DNA of 59,281 nucleotides, the filler included. It is 5 parts of 5 records of this genome, joined end to end, with 100 filler letters (N's around TTAATTAATTAA, not from the genome) between each part and the next. Parts side by side here need not be neighbours in the genome. Positions count along the whole stretch, not along the records: positions 1 to 19,969 come from SRR31156797_3176; 4 more parts are not named here. The stretch is one strand, 5' to 3'. Below the pieces are notes generated by a model. That model had not been told where the DNA came from, ran no database searches, and worked only from the letters and a program-made list of their open reading frames with translations. The translations under genes and the position numbers were made by a program. Of this stretch, positions 1 through 9,234 are shown piece by piece. The stretch's first letter is position 1; every line of letters begins with the position of its first letter.

Positions 1-44
1 GCAGCGGCAATAAGCTAAGCCTGACCCCGATAAATGGAGGAAGA

Positions 45-890
45 ATGACACTGACTCAAACAGAACTCAGCAAGTTGGAAGCGCTTGCCTGGCAGGTTCG
101 CCGGGACATCATCGATGTCACGGTATGGGCCGGAGGGGCCCACATCGGCGGCGGCCTGAGCATGGTGGATATCCTGGTGAGCCTCTATTTTCACCTGCTC
201 GAGGTGGATCCCGCCAACCCGGAAAAACCGGATCGGGACCGGGTAGTGGTCAGCAAGGGCCACGGCGGGGTGGGGTATGCCCCGGTGCTGGCCAGAAAGG
301 GCTATTTTGATTTTGAGACCCTGAAGACCTTCAATCAGTTCAACTCTCCCTTTGGCATGCATCTGGATGCCCGGAAGGTGCGCGGGGTAGACGTATCCAC
401 CGGCTCCCTGGGACACGGCCTGTCCATGGCCCTGGGCCTGGCTCTTGGGGCCCGGCTCAAAAATGAGTCCTGGTACACCTATTGCCTGCTGGGTGACGGG
501 GAGTGCAACGAGGGATCGGTGTGGGAGGCGGCCATGGCTGCGGCCCATTTCAAGGTCACCAACCTTGTCACCATCGTGGACCGGAACCGGCTGATGATCG
601 ACGGGCAGACAGAGGATGTCATGGGGATTGAGCCCTTTACAGACAAGTGGAAGGCCTTTGGGTTCATCATAAAGGAGATCAACGGCCACGACTTCAACGA
701 GATCTGCCGGGCCGTCACCGAGGCCCATGCCGAGGAGCGGGCGCCGGTGGTCATCATCGCCAACACCCGGAAGGGAAGTGGTGTGGACTACATGGAGGAC
801 AATGTGAAGTGGCACTACGGCAGCATGGATTCGACCCTTGCGGACCAGGCAAGGGCCTCTGTTGACAAGCGGTTTAAAAGGGCTAATTAA
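45..890 (+). CDS. Transketolase, N-terminal (TPP-binding) subunit
   Basis: GAHIGGGLS, DRVVVSKGH, STGSLGHG and the TPP motif GDGECNEGSVWEA...DRN; GGAGG RBS upstream. Confidence 0.93.
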   Translation: MTLTQTELSKLEALAWQVRRDIIDVTVWAGGAHIGGGLSMVDILVSLYFHLLEVDPANPEKPDRDRVVVSKGHGGVGYAPVLARKGYFDFETLKTFNQFNSPFGMHLDARKVRGVDVSTGSLGHGLSMALGLALGARLKNESWYTYCLLGDGECNEGSVWEAAMAAAHFKVTNLVTIVDRNRLMIDGQTEDVMGIEPFTDKWKAFGFIIKEINGHDFNEICRAVTEAHAEERAPVVIIANTRKGSGVDYMEDNVKWHYGSMDSTLADQARASVDKRFKRAN

Positions 891-900
891 GGAGGGTATC

Positions 901-1920
901 ATGGCAGAAGAGGTAACCGGAACCACCTGGACCGTCTATGATGCAAACAGCATGACACAGGCGGAGATCTACGGCCATGTGCTGTGTGAACTGGGGGAGG
1001 ACAATCCCTCCATCGTGGGGCTGTCGGCAGACCTTGCCAAATCGACCAAGATCGGTATATTCGGCGACCGCTTTCCCGAGCGGTTTTTTAACGTGGGAAT
1101 CGCGGAGCAGAACCTGTTCGGCGTGGCGGCAGGCCTTGCAAAAGCGGGACTTCTTCCCTTTGTGTCGACCATGGCCGCCTTTACCAGCATGCGGGCCTGC
1201 GAGCAGGTGAGAACCGACATCTGCTACCAGAACCTGGATTGCAAGATCATCGCCACCCACGGGGGGATCTCCTTCGGCACTGCGGGCAGCACCCACAACG
1301 CCCTGGAGGACCTGGCCATCATGAGGGCCATGCCCAACATGACGGTGATCGTGCCGGCGGACGGCATCGAGACCGCCAATGCGGTCAGGGCCTGTGTGGA
1401 CCATCCCGGCCCCGTATATATCCGGGTGGGCCGGGGATTTGAGCCCACCTATTATGAGACGGAAGATTACGGGTTCGAGATCGGCAAGGCCGTTGAGATT
1501 TCCCAGGGCACCGACATCACCATCATTGCCTGCGGCGTGACCGTGCTCCAGGCGGCCGAAGCCGCACGGGTGCTCAAGGAGGAGGACGATCTGAGCGTCA
1601 GGGTGCTCAACCTTCACACCATCAAGCCCCTGGACGAAGCCGCCGTCCTCAAGGCCGTGGAAGAGACCCGGCGCATCATCACCATCGAGGACCACAACGT
1701 GATCGGCGGACTCGGCACCGCTGTGGCCGATGTGATCGCCGCAAGCGGCAAGGGGTGCGCCTTTGAAAAGGTGGGCATCCCGGACGAGTTCTCCCTTGTG
1801 GGGTATCCCGAGGATCTCTACGCCCATTACAAGCTCGATACCAACGGCATCATCGACCGGGTGAGGGCGGTGATGGGGAAAGATTTTGAAGAGGATGAAA
1901 ACTGGGATGACGAGGTGTAG
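901..1920 (+). CDS. Transketolase, C-terminal (pyrimidine-binding and C-terminal) subunit
   Basis: FFNVGIAEQN, GSTHNALED and IEDHNVIGGLG motifs. ATG at 901 follows AAGGAGG; the ORF-track start at 838 is too early. Confidence 0.93.
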   Translation: MAEEVTGTTWTVYDANSMTQAEIYGHVLCELGEDNPSIVGLSADLAKSTKIGIFGDRFPERFFNVGIAEQNLFGVAAGLAKAGLLPFVSTMAAFTSMRACEQVRTDICYQNLDCKIIATHGGISFGTAGSTHNALEDLAIMRAMPNMTVIVPADGIETANAVRACVDHPGPVYIRVGRGFEPTYYETEDYGFEIGKAVEISQGTDITIIACGVTVLQAAEAARVLKEEDDLSVRVLNLHTIKPLDEAAVLKAVEETRRIITIEDHNVIGGLGTAVADVIAASGKGCAFEKVGIPDEFSLVGYPEDLYAHYKLDTNGIIDRVRAVMGKDFEEDENWDDEV

Positions 1921-1921
1921 G

Positions 1922-2695
1922 ATGGAAGATATTGACAGAACCCGACTTGCGACACGGATTATCCTGAGGGCCATCTTTCCGGTGATGAAGGTGGCGGTGG
2001 CCGATGATCCCGGGATGAAAAAGCGGTTCGGGGACATTACGGCCCGGATTCAGTTTCGCATCGGCCGGGACGAAGACGGGGCGGCGCTGGTGTTTGACCG
2101 GGGACGGCTTGAGATCGAACAGGGGATCGCGGAGAATGCCGATATTACGTTTTCCTTTAAGAATCATCTCCAATTCAACCGTTTCATGGCGGGAAAGACG
2201 GTGATTCCGTCAATCAAGGGGTATGGGAAGCCGTTTTTGCTTATCAAGGTGGTCCGGCTGCTCCTTGCCATGAAGATCCTCATGCCGGACGTACGGCCCG
2301 GGGATGAGAACAAACAACGGCTCAAGGTGAAGATGGTGGTTTACATGATCACCACGGCCTTGAGCCAGTATAACAAGGCCGGGGATCCGGACATGGCGGC
2401 CTGGACGAGGAAACAGCCGGACCGGGTCTACCAGATGTCCGTCACCGGGGAGGACATTGCGGCCTATGTCCGGGTAAAGGCGGGTAAGTCAAAAGCCGGA
2501 AGGGGGCTCTATACCCGGCGGCGGCCGTTTGTGCATATGAAGTTCAATGGCGTTGCCGCCGCCCTTTCCGTGTTTTTGAACGAGCTGCCCTTTGTGGAGG
2601 CCGTGGGAAAGGAGTTTGTGACCATCGAAGGCTCCCCGGAGTACGGCTCCAATCTCAATGACTTCATGCAGCGCATCCAGGCAATGGTGGTGTGA
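1922..2695 (+). CDS. Hypothetical protein, possibly two SCP2-like (sterol carrier) domains
   Basis: Starts 2 nt after the transketolase stop. 'ARIQFRIG...LVFDRGRLEIEQG...ADITFSF' and 'VYQMSVTG...VRVKAGK...VHMKF...VTIEG' resemble SCP2 folds. Confidence 0.5.
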   Translation: MEDIDRTRLATRIILRAIFPVMKVAVADDPGMKKRFGDITARIQFRIGRDEDGAALVFDRGRLEIEQGIAENADITFSFKNHLQFNRFMAGKTVIPSIKGYGKPFLLIKVVRLLLAMKILMPDVRPGDENKQRLKVKMVVYMITTALSQYNKAGDPDMAAWTRKQPDRVYQMSVTGEDIAAYVRVKAGKSKAGRGLYTRRRPFVHMKFNGVAAALSVFLNELPFVEAVGKEFVTIEGSPEYGSNLNDFMQRIQAMVV

Positions 2696-2809
2696 TCGAA
2701 AAGAAAATCCATGCTGCCCTTTGACTCTTCAGCAAAAATGGAGTAAACCCTATACGGGCCGTTGCAATCAGCCGGTACAGGCTATAACCGTTGGAGAACG
2801 AGGGGCATC

Positions 2810-3283
2810 ATGGCGTCAAAAATTCCTATGATTATCGTGCCGAAGGAGCAGGCTGTCTTCTGGATGGACAAACACGGGATGTGGCACAACGAATACGGCA
2901 GGTTCGAACATCCCAAGATGATCAACTATTTCAACGCATCGATTCGCAAGGACGAAAACGGTTATCATGTCTACCAGCTGACCGACGAATTTGAGGAAAA
3001 GGTTTATTTTCGCCATGAGGACACCGCCCTGTTCGTGGTCGACCTGACCGTGGGCAAGGAGGTTGAACTCCTTTTGAACAACAAAACCCGGCTGCCCCTG
3101 TGCCCGGGTGAGCTATACAGCCTCAACGACGCTCTCTATGTGAAGACCCGGGAACACCGGATCAAATTCACCGACCGTGCCCTGGTAAAACTATCGAAAT
3201 TCATGGAGGAGAAGGAGGGCCGGCTTTATCTGACCCTGGGCGACAGAAGTTACCCGATCTCCGATGGCGTCCCCGGGGATTAA
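2810..3283 (+). CDS. Conserved hypothetical protein (DUF1285-like)
   Basis: 'FWMDKHGMWH...F...IRKDENGY...EKVYFRHEDTALFV' pattern; ATG 2810 follows GAGGGG. Confidence 0.55.
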   Translation: MASKIPMIIVPKEQAVFWMDKHGMWHNEYGRFEHPKMINYFNASIRKDENGYHVYQLTDEFEEKVYFRHEDTALFVVDLTVGKEVELLLNNKTRLPLCPGELYSLNDALYVKTREHRIKFTDRALVKLSKFMEEKEGRLYLTLGDRSYPISDGVPGD

Positions 3284-5919
3284 TTTTCGACGGTCAGGGC
3301 CTCTTCCTCATTGACCCTGGCCGTGTCGATATACTTCATGTGCAGCTTGTCCTCACCGTCCATGAACAGGTCAAACAGCTTCGGATCAAAGGATTTCCCC
3401 CGCTCCTGGTACATGATCTCCACGGCCTTCTCCAGGGGCATGGCCTTGCGGTAGGGCCTGTCCGAGGTGATGGCATCCCAGAAATCGGCCACCGTGGCGA
3501 TCCGGGCCTCAATGGGAATTTCCTCTCCCTTGATGCCCCGGGGATACCCGGTCCCGTCCCATTTTTCATGGTGGTTGTAGGCAATGTTTACGGCCACCGG
3601 CGCGATCTCAAGCTTTGACAGGAGATTTTTCCCGATCACCGGGTGTTCCTTGATCAGCTCGAACTCTTCCTTTGTCAGTTTCCCCGGTTTGTTGAGGATC
3701 TCGTCCTTGATACCCAGTTTGCCGATGTCATGGACAATGGTGCCAAGGTAGATGTCGTTGATCTTATGTTCCGGAAGGTTGTTTTTACCGGCAAGCTCCC
3801 GTGCGTAGCCTGCAACCCGTTCCACATGACCGCCTGTGTACTTGTCTTTTGATTCAATGGCCGAAGCGAGCACCATGAGAAACACCTCCAGCTGTTCCGT
3901 GCGGGTTTTTTCCCTGTATAGCCTTAGCTGGCTGATGACGTTTTTGACCCGGGCCCTGAGTTCCAGGTGGTGGAACGGTTTGGTCAGGTAATCGTCAGCC
4001 CCCAGCTGAAGGCCCTTTATCCTGTCATCCTGTTCGGTCAACGAGGTGAGCATGATCACCGGGATGTTCTTTGTGTTTTCATCGAGCCGGATCGCTTCCA
4101 GCAGGGAGTAGCCGTCCATGAACGGCATCATCACGTCCGAGAGCACAAGATCGGGTTCCACGGCCTGGATGGTTTCCCAGGCGGACGCCCCGTTGGGGGT
4201 TATGTAGAGGGTGTAGTCGTTGAGCGTGCGGGTCAGGAACTCCTGGATGCCCTGGTTGTCTTCGGCTATGACAAGACGTCCTTTGGGACGCGGTGCCTTG
4301 ATTTTTTTCACCGGGTTTTGGGTGAGGACTTGCTTGTCAGCGGCGGAGAGCCTGATGAGCTCCTTGTTTTCGAGCTTTGCCAGGTCGCAGGTTCGCCGGT
4401 CCCGGGTGCGCCGTTCTCCATGGGGCATCTTCTGGAGTTTGACCCGCCGGTCGGCTTTCCTGCGCTCGATGATGGCTTCGGGGGCAACGGTTTCAAGGTT
4501 GGCCGGCAGTTCTATGATAAAGCGGGTGCCCAGGTTTTTCTTGCTGTCAAGGGAGATCCGGCCATGCATCATCTCAACCGAATCCTTGACAATGGCAAGG
4601 CCAAGGCCTGTTCCCTCGTAGCGCCGGGTTGTGGAGCCGTCCCCCTGCTTGAACCGCTGGAACGCCTGTTTGATAAATGCGTCCGACATCCCGATACCGG
4701 TGTCCTTTACCTCGATAACAACGGTGTCCTCACTGGTTGATACCGTTACGTTGATCTCTCCCGTTTCGGTGAATTTATAGGCGTTACGGACTAGATTGTT
4801 GAGAATATCCTTGAGTCTCTCCTTGTCCATGAACAGGGGCGGGATATCCGGTTCGCAGTGGTAAATGAGTTTGATGCCGTTCTTGTCTGTAAGTCCCTTA
4901 AAGCTTGAGACGATCCGGGATACGTAGGTGTCAAGGTCGAGCTTACTCAGGGTCAGCTTGACCATTCCGGCGTCAAACCGGGAGACCTTCAGCAGTTCGT
5001 TGATCTTTTCCGTAAGGGAGAGGGTCTGGAGGTTGATTTTGTCGATGATGCTCAACAGGGGGGCGGAAACCGGCCCCGATTCTCCGTCAATGATATAGTC
5101 GGTCCATCCCCGGATCAATGTCAGGGGGGTCCTGAGCTCGTGGGTGACGTTGGCGATAAACTCCTTCTCGGTGTTGGCGGCTTTCTTCAGGGCCTCGATG
5201 GATTCCTCGAGCTGGCGCGTCTTCTGGGTGACCCGGATCTCCAGGGTCTGGTTGAGGGTGATGAAGTGGGAGAGGACAAACACCAGGAGGCTCAGGGAGA
5301 GGAAAAAAACGCCAAAGGGATAGAGCTGGATATTGAGGTGCTCCATCAGGGTGGGGTAGTTCAGGAGGTAGTCGATGGCGGAGAAACAGAAGATGACGGT
5401 TGCGGCAAGAAAAAATACAAGCTGTTTTTTCCGGATGGGGTTTCGTTCCCTTCTGATTACCTTGATCATCACAACGGCGTTTTTCACGAACAAAAAGAAT
5501 ACCATGAGGACGTAGGCCAGATGGAGGGTGTTTGCCTCGGGGTAGAATCCGAACTGGTAGGTGTGGGTGCCTTTGATGAACAGATCCGTGGTCCAGAGGC
5601 TGACCAGGAATCCGAAACAGAGGCCGTAAAACCATTTGATGTGCCGGGTCGAATGTTTCTGGTAGTGGACCAGGGTTTCATAACAGCTCACAGGGAGGAA
5701 GATGATACCCGAGTACCCGATGCGGCAGATGAGGTCGGAATAGCCGGGATCGTTCAGCAAAAAGAGCAGAAACCACGAGAATTGCCAGTGAAAGGTGATA
5801 TAGCAGAATTTGAGAAATACCTTGCGAAGCTTTCCCTGGGAGAGAAAATAGACGGAGACCCCCAGGCAAAGGTAGATGATCGCTGAAAAGAGCGGCAGGA
5901 TAGCACTCAAATACTGCAT
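3280..5919 (-). CDS. Membrane hybrid sensor: N-terminal 7TM region, HisKA, HATPase, REC and HD-GYP c-di-GMP phosphodiesterase
   Basis: About 220 hydrophobic N-terminal residues; H-box THELRTPL; N/G boxes NLVRNAYKF, DTGIGM, GTGLGL; REC AEDN...SDVMMP...KPF; HD-GYP HDIGK and HHEKWDGTGYP. Confidence 0.9.
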   Translation of the reverse strand: MQYLSAILPLFSAIIYLCLGVSVYFLSQGKLRKVFLKFCYITFHWQFSWFLLFLLNDPGYSDLICRIGYSGIIFLPVSCYETLVHYQKHSTRHIKWFYGLCFGFLVSLWTTDLFIKGTHTYQFGFYPEANTLHLAYVLMVFFLFVKNAVVMIKVIRRERNPIRKKQLVFFLAATVIFCFSAIDYLLNYPTLMEHLNIQLYPFGVFFLSLSLLVFVLSHFITLNQTLEIRVTQKTRQLEESIEALKKAANTEKEFIANVTHELRTPLTLIRGWTDYIIDGESGPVSAPLLSIIDKINLQTLSLTEKINELLKVSRFDAGMVKLTLSKLDLDTYVSRIVSSFKGLTDKNGIKLIYHCEPDIPPLFMDKERLKDILNNLVRNAYKFTETGEINVTVSTSEDTVVIEVKDTGIGMSDAFIKQAFQRFKQGDGSTTRRYEGTGLGLAIVKDSVEMMHGRISLDSKKNLGTRFIIELPANLETVAPEAIIERRKADRRVKLQKMPHGERRTRDRRTCDLAKLENKELIRLSAADKQVLTQNPVKKIKAPRPKGRLVIAEDNQGIQEFLTRTLNDYTLYITPNGASAWETIQAVEPDLVLSDVMMPFMDGYSLLEAIRLDENTKNIPVIMLTSLTEQDDRIKGLQLGADDYLTKPFHHLELRARVKNVISQLRLYREKTRTEQLEVFLMVLASAIESKDKYTGGHVERVAGYARELAGKNNLPEHKINDIYLGTIVHDIGKLGIKDEILNKPGKLTKEEFELIKEHPVIGKNLLSKLEIAPVAVNIAYNHHEKWDGTGYPRGIKGEEIPIEARIATVADFWDAITSDRPYRKAMPLEKAVEIMYQERGKSFDPKLFDLFMDGEDKLHMKYIDTARVNEEEALTVEN

Positions 5920-5925
5920 TATCGA

Positions 5926-6654
5926 CTATTCCTTTATCTCTTGATAAAAATCCAGTATGTCCAGAAGTTGGGCGGGTATCCGCATTACCCGGCCGGTGGC
6001 CCCCACGATGCAGACCCGCTGGTAGCCCTCGCCCACAAGCTCTCCTGTCGCCTTGTTTTTGAAGGTGATGTTGAGCTTGCAGCTTGCCCCGTTGATTTCC
6101 GATGTGGTCAGCTCCACCAGCAGGGTGTCCCCGAAATAGGAGTTGTTGATGAATTTGTTGTAGGTGTCAATGGTTACCAGGCGGAGGCTGTTTGCGGTCA
6201 GCAGCTCATGGAGTTGGGGAACCTTTTCCAGGAAGAACTTTTCCCTCACAATCCCCTGGTATTGGATGTAGTTGCTGAAATAGACGTTCCCGAACACATT
6301 GGTATCCTTGAGGGTGACCGTGACCTCGGTCTGGAAGACCCGCTCCTTGCCGAAGTATTCCAGGGCCCGGATCTGCTTCTCCACATACTCGTTGAACAGC
6401 TCCTCCTTGGTGTCTTCGATGTCTGTCACCTTGAACCCAACGCCGGATTCATTTTCCCACTGGGGTTCGCACTGGATCTTTATGGTCTTGAAGCTACTGA
6501 TCTTCAGCTCGATGTTGAACGGAGCGTTCGGAATTTCGCTGTCGGTCTTTAAAAAGCCTCCGGAGCTTGAAATGTTTTCGATGATGCCGGTTCCATGGTC
6601 CAAAACAGCCTTGATTCGCTTCTTTACCCTGGGTGCTCTCTGTTTCATCAACAT
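5926..6654 (-). CDS. PilZ-like domain fused to a hot-dog-fold acyl-CoA/ACP thioesterase
   Basis: N-terminal QRAPR...ENISSSG...GVGFKV (PilZ-like); C-terminal TLKDTNVFGNVYFSNYIQYQGIVREKF (4HBT/enediyne-type thioesterase motif). Confidence 0.8.
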   Translation of the reverse strand: MLMKQRAPRVKKRIKAVLDHGTGIIENISSSGGFLKTDSEIPNAPFNIELKISSFKTIKIQCEPQWENESGVGFKVTDIEDTKEELFNEYVEKQIRALEYFGKERVFQTEVTVTLKDTNVFGNVYFSNYIQYQGIVREKFFLEKVPQLHELLTANSLRLVTIDTYNKFINNSYFGDTLLVELTTSEINGASCKLNITFKNKATGELVGEGYQRVCIVGATGRVMRIPAQLLDILDFYQEIKE

Positions 6655-6914
6655 TTTAACAATTCCTTTGCTTTAACGCTTTTTCAAACAGCCGATTGAC
6701 TAATAAAAAGTATCGTCGGTTACAATCCGTAACAGGCCAACAAAAAAAATTTGTTGAATTTGTAGTAATATTGGTATCGCAAGTCAAGAATAATTTCATC
6801 TATTTAGTAAACAGTTTTTGATCGGGGCCGGCGCTTGTGATTTTTTTTCTCTTGCCATAAAATCAGGAACAGTGTTCTACTATTTCAAAATTTAAGATCA
6901 ACCGGAGGATACGG

Positions 6915-8438
6915 ATGCTATCAACCCCCAGGGGGCTATGGCTGTGTGGGGCTTTTGCAACGGCCGTTTTTACGATCCTGCTTGTGGTTCGCCTGGAGTT
7001 CTTCAGGCCCCGGCCCGGCGGCGATTCCGTTTTGAAGGGCCGGGTGGCGGTGGCGGTCCGGCCCGGTGAAACCTGGATGGCCATCCACCAGAACCGGCAG
7101 CGGATCGGTTTCTCCCACCGGATCATTGAGCGGACCGGCCCCGGATACCGGGTGGTTGAAAAAACCGTCATGAAGATCAACACCATGGGCATGGTCCAGG
7201 ATCTTGTGGTCACCTCGGAAAGTGACACCGAACCGGATTTTTCCCTGAGATCCTTTGAGTTTGAGGTGGTGTCGGGGCGGTTTCGCTTTCAGGTGACCGG
7301 GCGCATTGAAAATTCCCATCTCCGGGTGACGACCCGGGCTAACAATGACGATCCGTCGCGTCCCGTTACGATTCCCCTCGAGACCAGGCCCTACCTCACC
7401 GCGGGGATCGTCCAGGCCATGGGGGCGTCGGGGCTTGCTGTTTCGGACCGGGTGGTGGTCTTTGTGTTCGATCCTGTCTCCATGGGCCAGGTGCCGGTGA
7501 CCGTCAAAGTCCTGGCAAATGAGACCCTCCAGGTGATGGGAAAGGCGGTTCCGACAAAAAAACTTTCCTTTGAATTCAAGGGGGTGACACAGCATGCCTG
7601 GATCGACGACGCGGGCAGGGTGGTGAAGGAGGAGGGGATCCTCGGGATGAGCCTTACCCTGACCAGCCGGGAAGAGGCCCTTGAAGGGGCCGTGGGGGGG
7701 GATGACCTGACCCTGCTTGCATCCATCGCACCCGACAGGCCCATTGAAGATCCCCAGGGGCTGACCCGGCTTGAGGTGAAGATTTCAGGGATCGATACGG
7801 CGAATTTTGAATATGATGGGGAGGAACCAGGGATTGATATGCAAAATCTTGATCTTGATGGGGGGCGGCAGTCTTTTGTGAACAGCCGGTTGACCGTCAC
7901 AAGGGAGCGGCTTCCGGATAACCAGGCCGATGGTTCGCCAATGGCTGGGGTGGACATGCGGTTTCTCGCGCCCGGCCCCTTTATCAGGTCTGATCATCCC
8001 AGGATCGTCAACCTGGCAGGGCGGATTGGGAAATCCGGGAAGACGCCCCTTGAAAAGATCCGGGCCCTTCTCCGCTGGATGGATGAAAATATTGAAAAAC
8101 GCCCGGTGCTTTCCCTGCCCGACGCGGTTTCCACCCTCAGGAACAGGATGGGGGACTGCAATGAGCACGCCGTGCTTTTTGCCGCCTTTTGCCGCGCCCT
8201 GGGCATTCCTGCCCGGGTCGAGGCGGGCCTTGTATACCTGAACCATCGGTTTTTTTACCATGCCTGGAACGGGGTTTATCTTGGGCGATGGATCACCGTT
8301 GATTCCCTTTTCAACCAGCTTCCCGCCGATGTGACCCATATCCGGCTGGCTTCCGGAGCCGGAGGCCAGGGCCTGGGCCTGGGCATGGTCGGCGTCATTG
8401 GCAGGATCAAGCTTGAGATCGTGGGGGAGGGGCGATGA
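6915..8438 (+). CDS. Membrane-anchored transglutaminase-like domain protein
   Basis: N-terminal TM segment; Cys-His-Asp triad GDCNEHA...YHAWN...WITVD. Confidence 0.88.
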   Translation: MLSTPRGLWLCGAFATAVFTILLVVRLEFFRPRPGGDSVLKGRVAVAVRPGETWMAIHQNRQRIGFSHRIIERTGPGYRVVEKTVMKINTMGMVQDLVVTSESDTEPDFSLRSFEFEVVSGRFRFQVTGRIENSHLRVTTRANNDDPSRPVTIPLETRPYLTAGIVQAMGASGLAVSDRVVVFVFDPVSMGQVPVTVKVLANETLQVMGKAVPTKKLSFEFKGVTQHAWIDDAGRVVKEEGILGMSLTLTSREEALEGAVGGDDLTLLASIAPDRPIEDPQGLTRLEVKISGIDTANFEYDGEEPGIDMQNLDLDGGRQSFVNSRLTVTRERLPDNQADGSPMAGVDMRFLAPGPFIRSDHPRIVNLAGRIGKSGKTPLEKIRALLRWMDENIEKRPVLSLPDAVSTLRNRMGDCNEHAVLFAAFCRALGIPARVEAGLVYLNHRFFYHAWNGVYLGRWITVDSLFNQLPADVTHIRLASGAGGQGLGLGMVGVIGRIKLEIVGEGR

Positions 8439-9181
8439 TCGAGCTTGGCAAGGTGACGAAAAACTACGGCAGGCTGGTTGCCGTGGACCGGTTGAGCCTC
8501 ACCGTGCCAAGGGGCGAGATCTTCGGCTTTATCGGGCCCAATGGCGCGGGTAAGACCACCACCATCCAGATGATCGCCGGATTGATCTCACCCACCTCGG
8601 GAACGGTGAAGATCTGCGGTGTCGATATGGCCAAAGATCCCTCCCGGGCGAAAAAGGTGATCGGGTTTATCCCGGACCGGCCCTACCTCTACGAGAAGCT
8701 CACGGCCATGGAGTTCCTGAAATTTACGGCCGATCTCTTTGGCGTGGAGGCTGCCGGGTTTGAGAAAAAGGCCGAAGGGCTTCTTGCGCTCTTCTCCCTT
8801 GGGAGCTGGGCCGATGAGATCATCGAGTCCTTTTCCCACGGCATGAAGCAGCGGTTGATCATGGCGGCGGCACTGCTCCACGAGCCTGAGGTGATTGTGG
8901 TGGACGAACCCATGGTGGGGCTGGACCCGTCGGCCATCAAGATGGTCAAGGAGCTGTTCAAGGAGCTTGCCGCCAGCGGTAAAACCGTGTTCATGTCCAC
9001 CCACACCCTGCACATTGCCGAAGATCTCTGCCACAGGATCGGGGTGATCCACCGGGGGAAGCTGCTTGCCCTCGGCACGGTTGCACAGCTCAAGGAGATG
9101 GCCCGGGCCGACCATGCCGACCTGGAGGAGCTGTTCATGATTTTGACCGACAGCAAGCCCTGGGGAGACCTTCGCCCCTGA
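8435..9181 (+). CDS. ABC-2 type exporter ATP-binding protein
   Basis: Walker A GPNGAGKTT, signature FSHGMKQR, Walker B IVVDEP, H-loop STH; ATGA overlap with the upstream gene. Confidence 0.95.
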   Translation: MIELGKVTKNYGRLVAVDRLSLTVPRGEIFGFIGPNGAGKTTTIQMIAGLISPTSGTVKICGVDMAKDPSRAKKVIGFIPDRPYLYEKLTAMEFLKFTADLFGVEAAGFEKKAEGLLALFSLGSWADEIIESFSHGMKQRLIMAAALLHEPEVIVVDEPMVGLDPSAIKMVKELFKELAASGKTVFMSTHTLHIAEDLCHRIGVIHRGKLLALGTVAQLKEMARADHADLEELFMILTDSKPWGDLRP

Positions 9182-9234
9182 ATGGTTGTTGTATGCACTT
9201 GAACTGAACGGGTAACCCGTTGAAAGGAAAGAAA

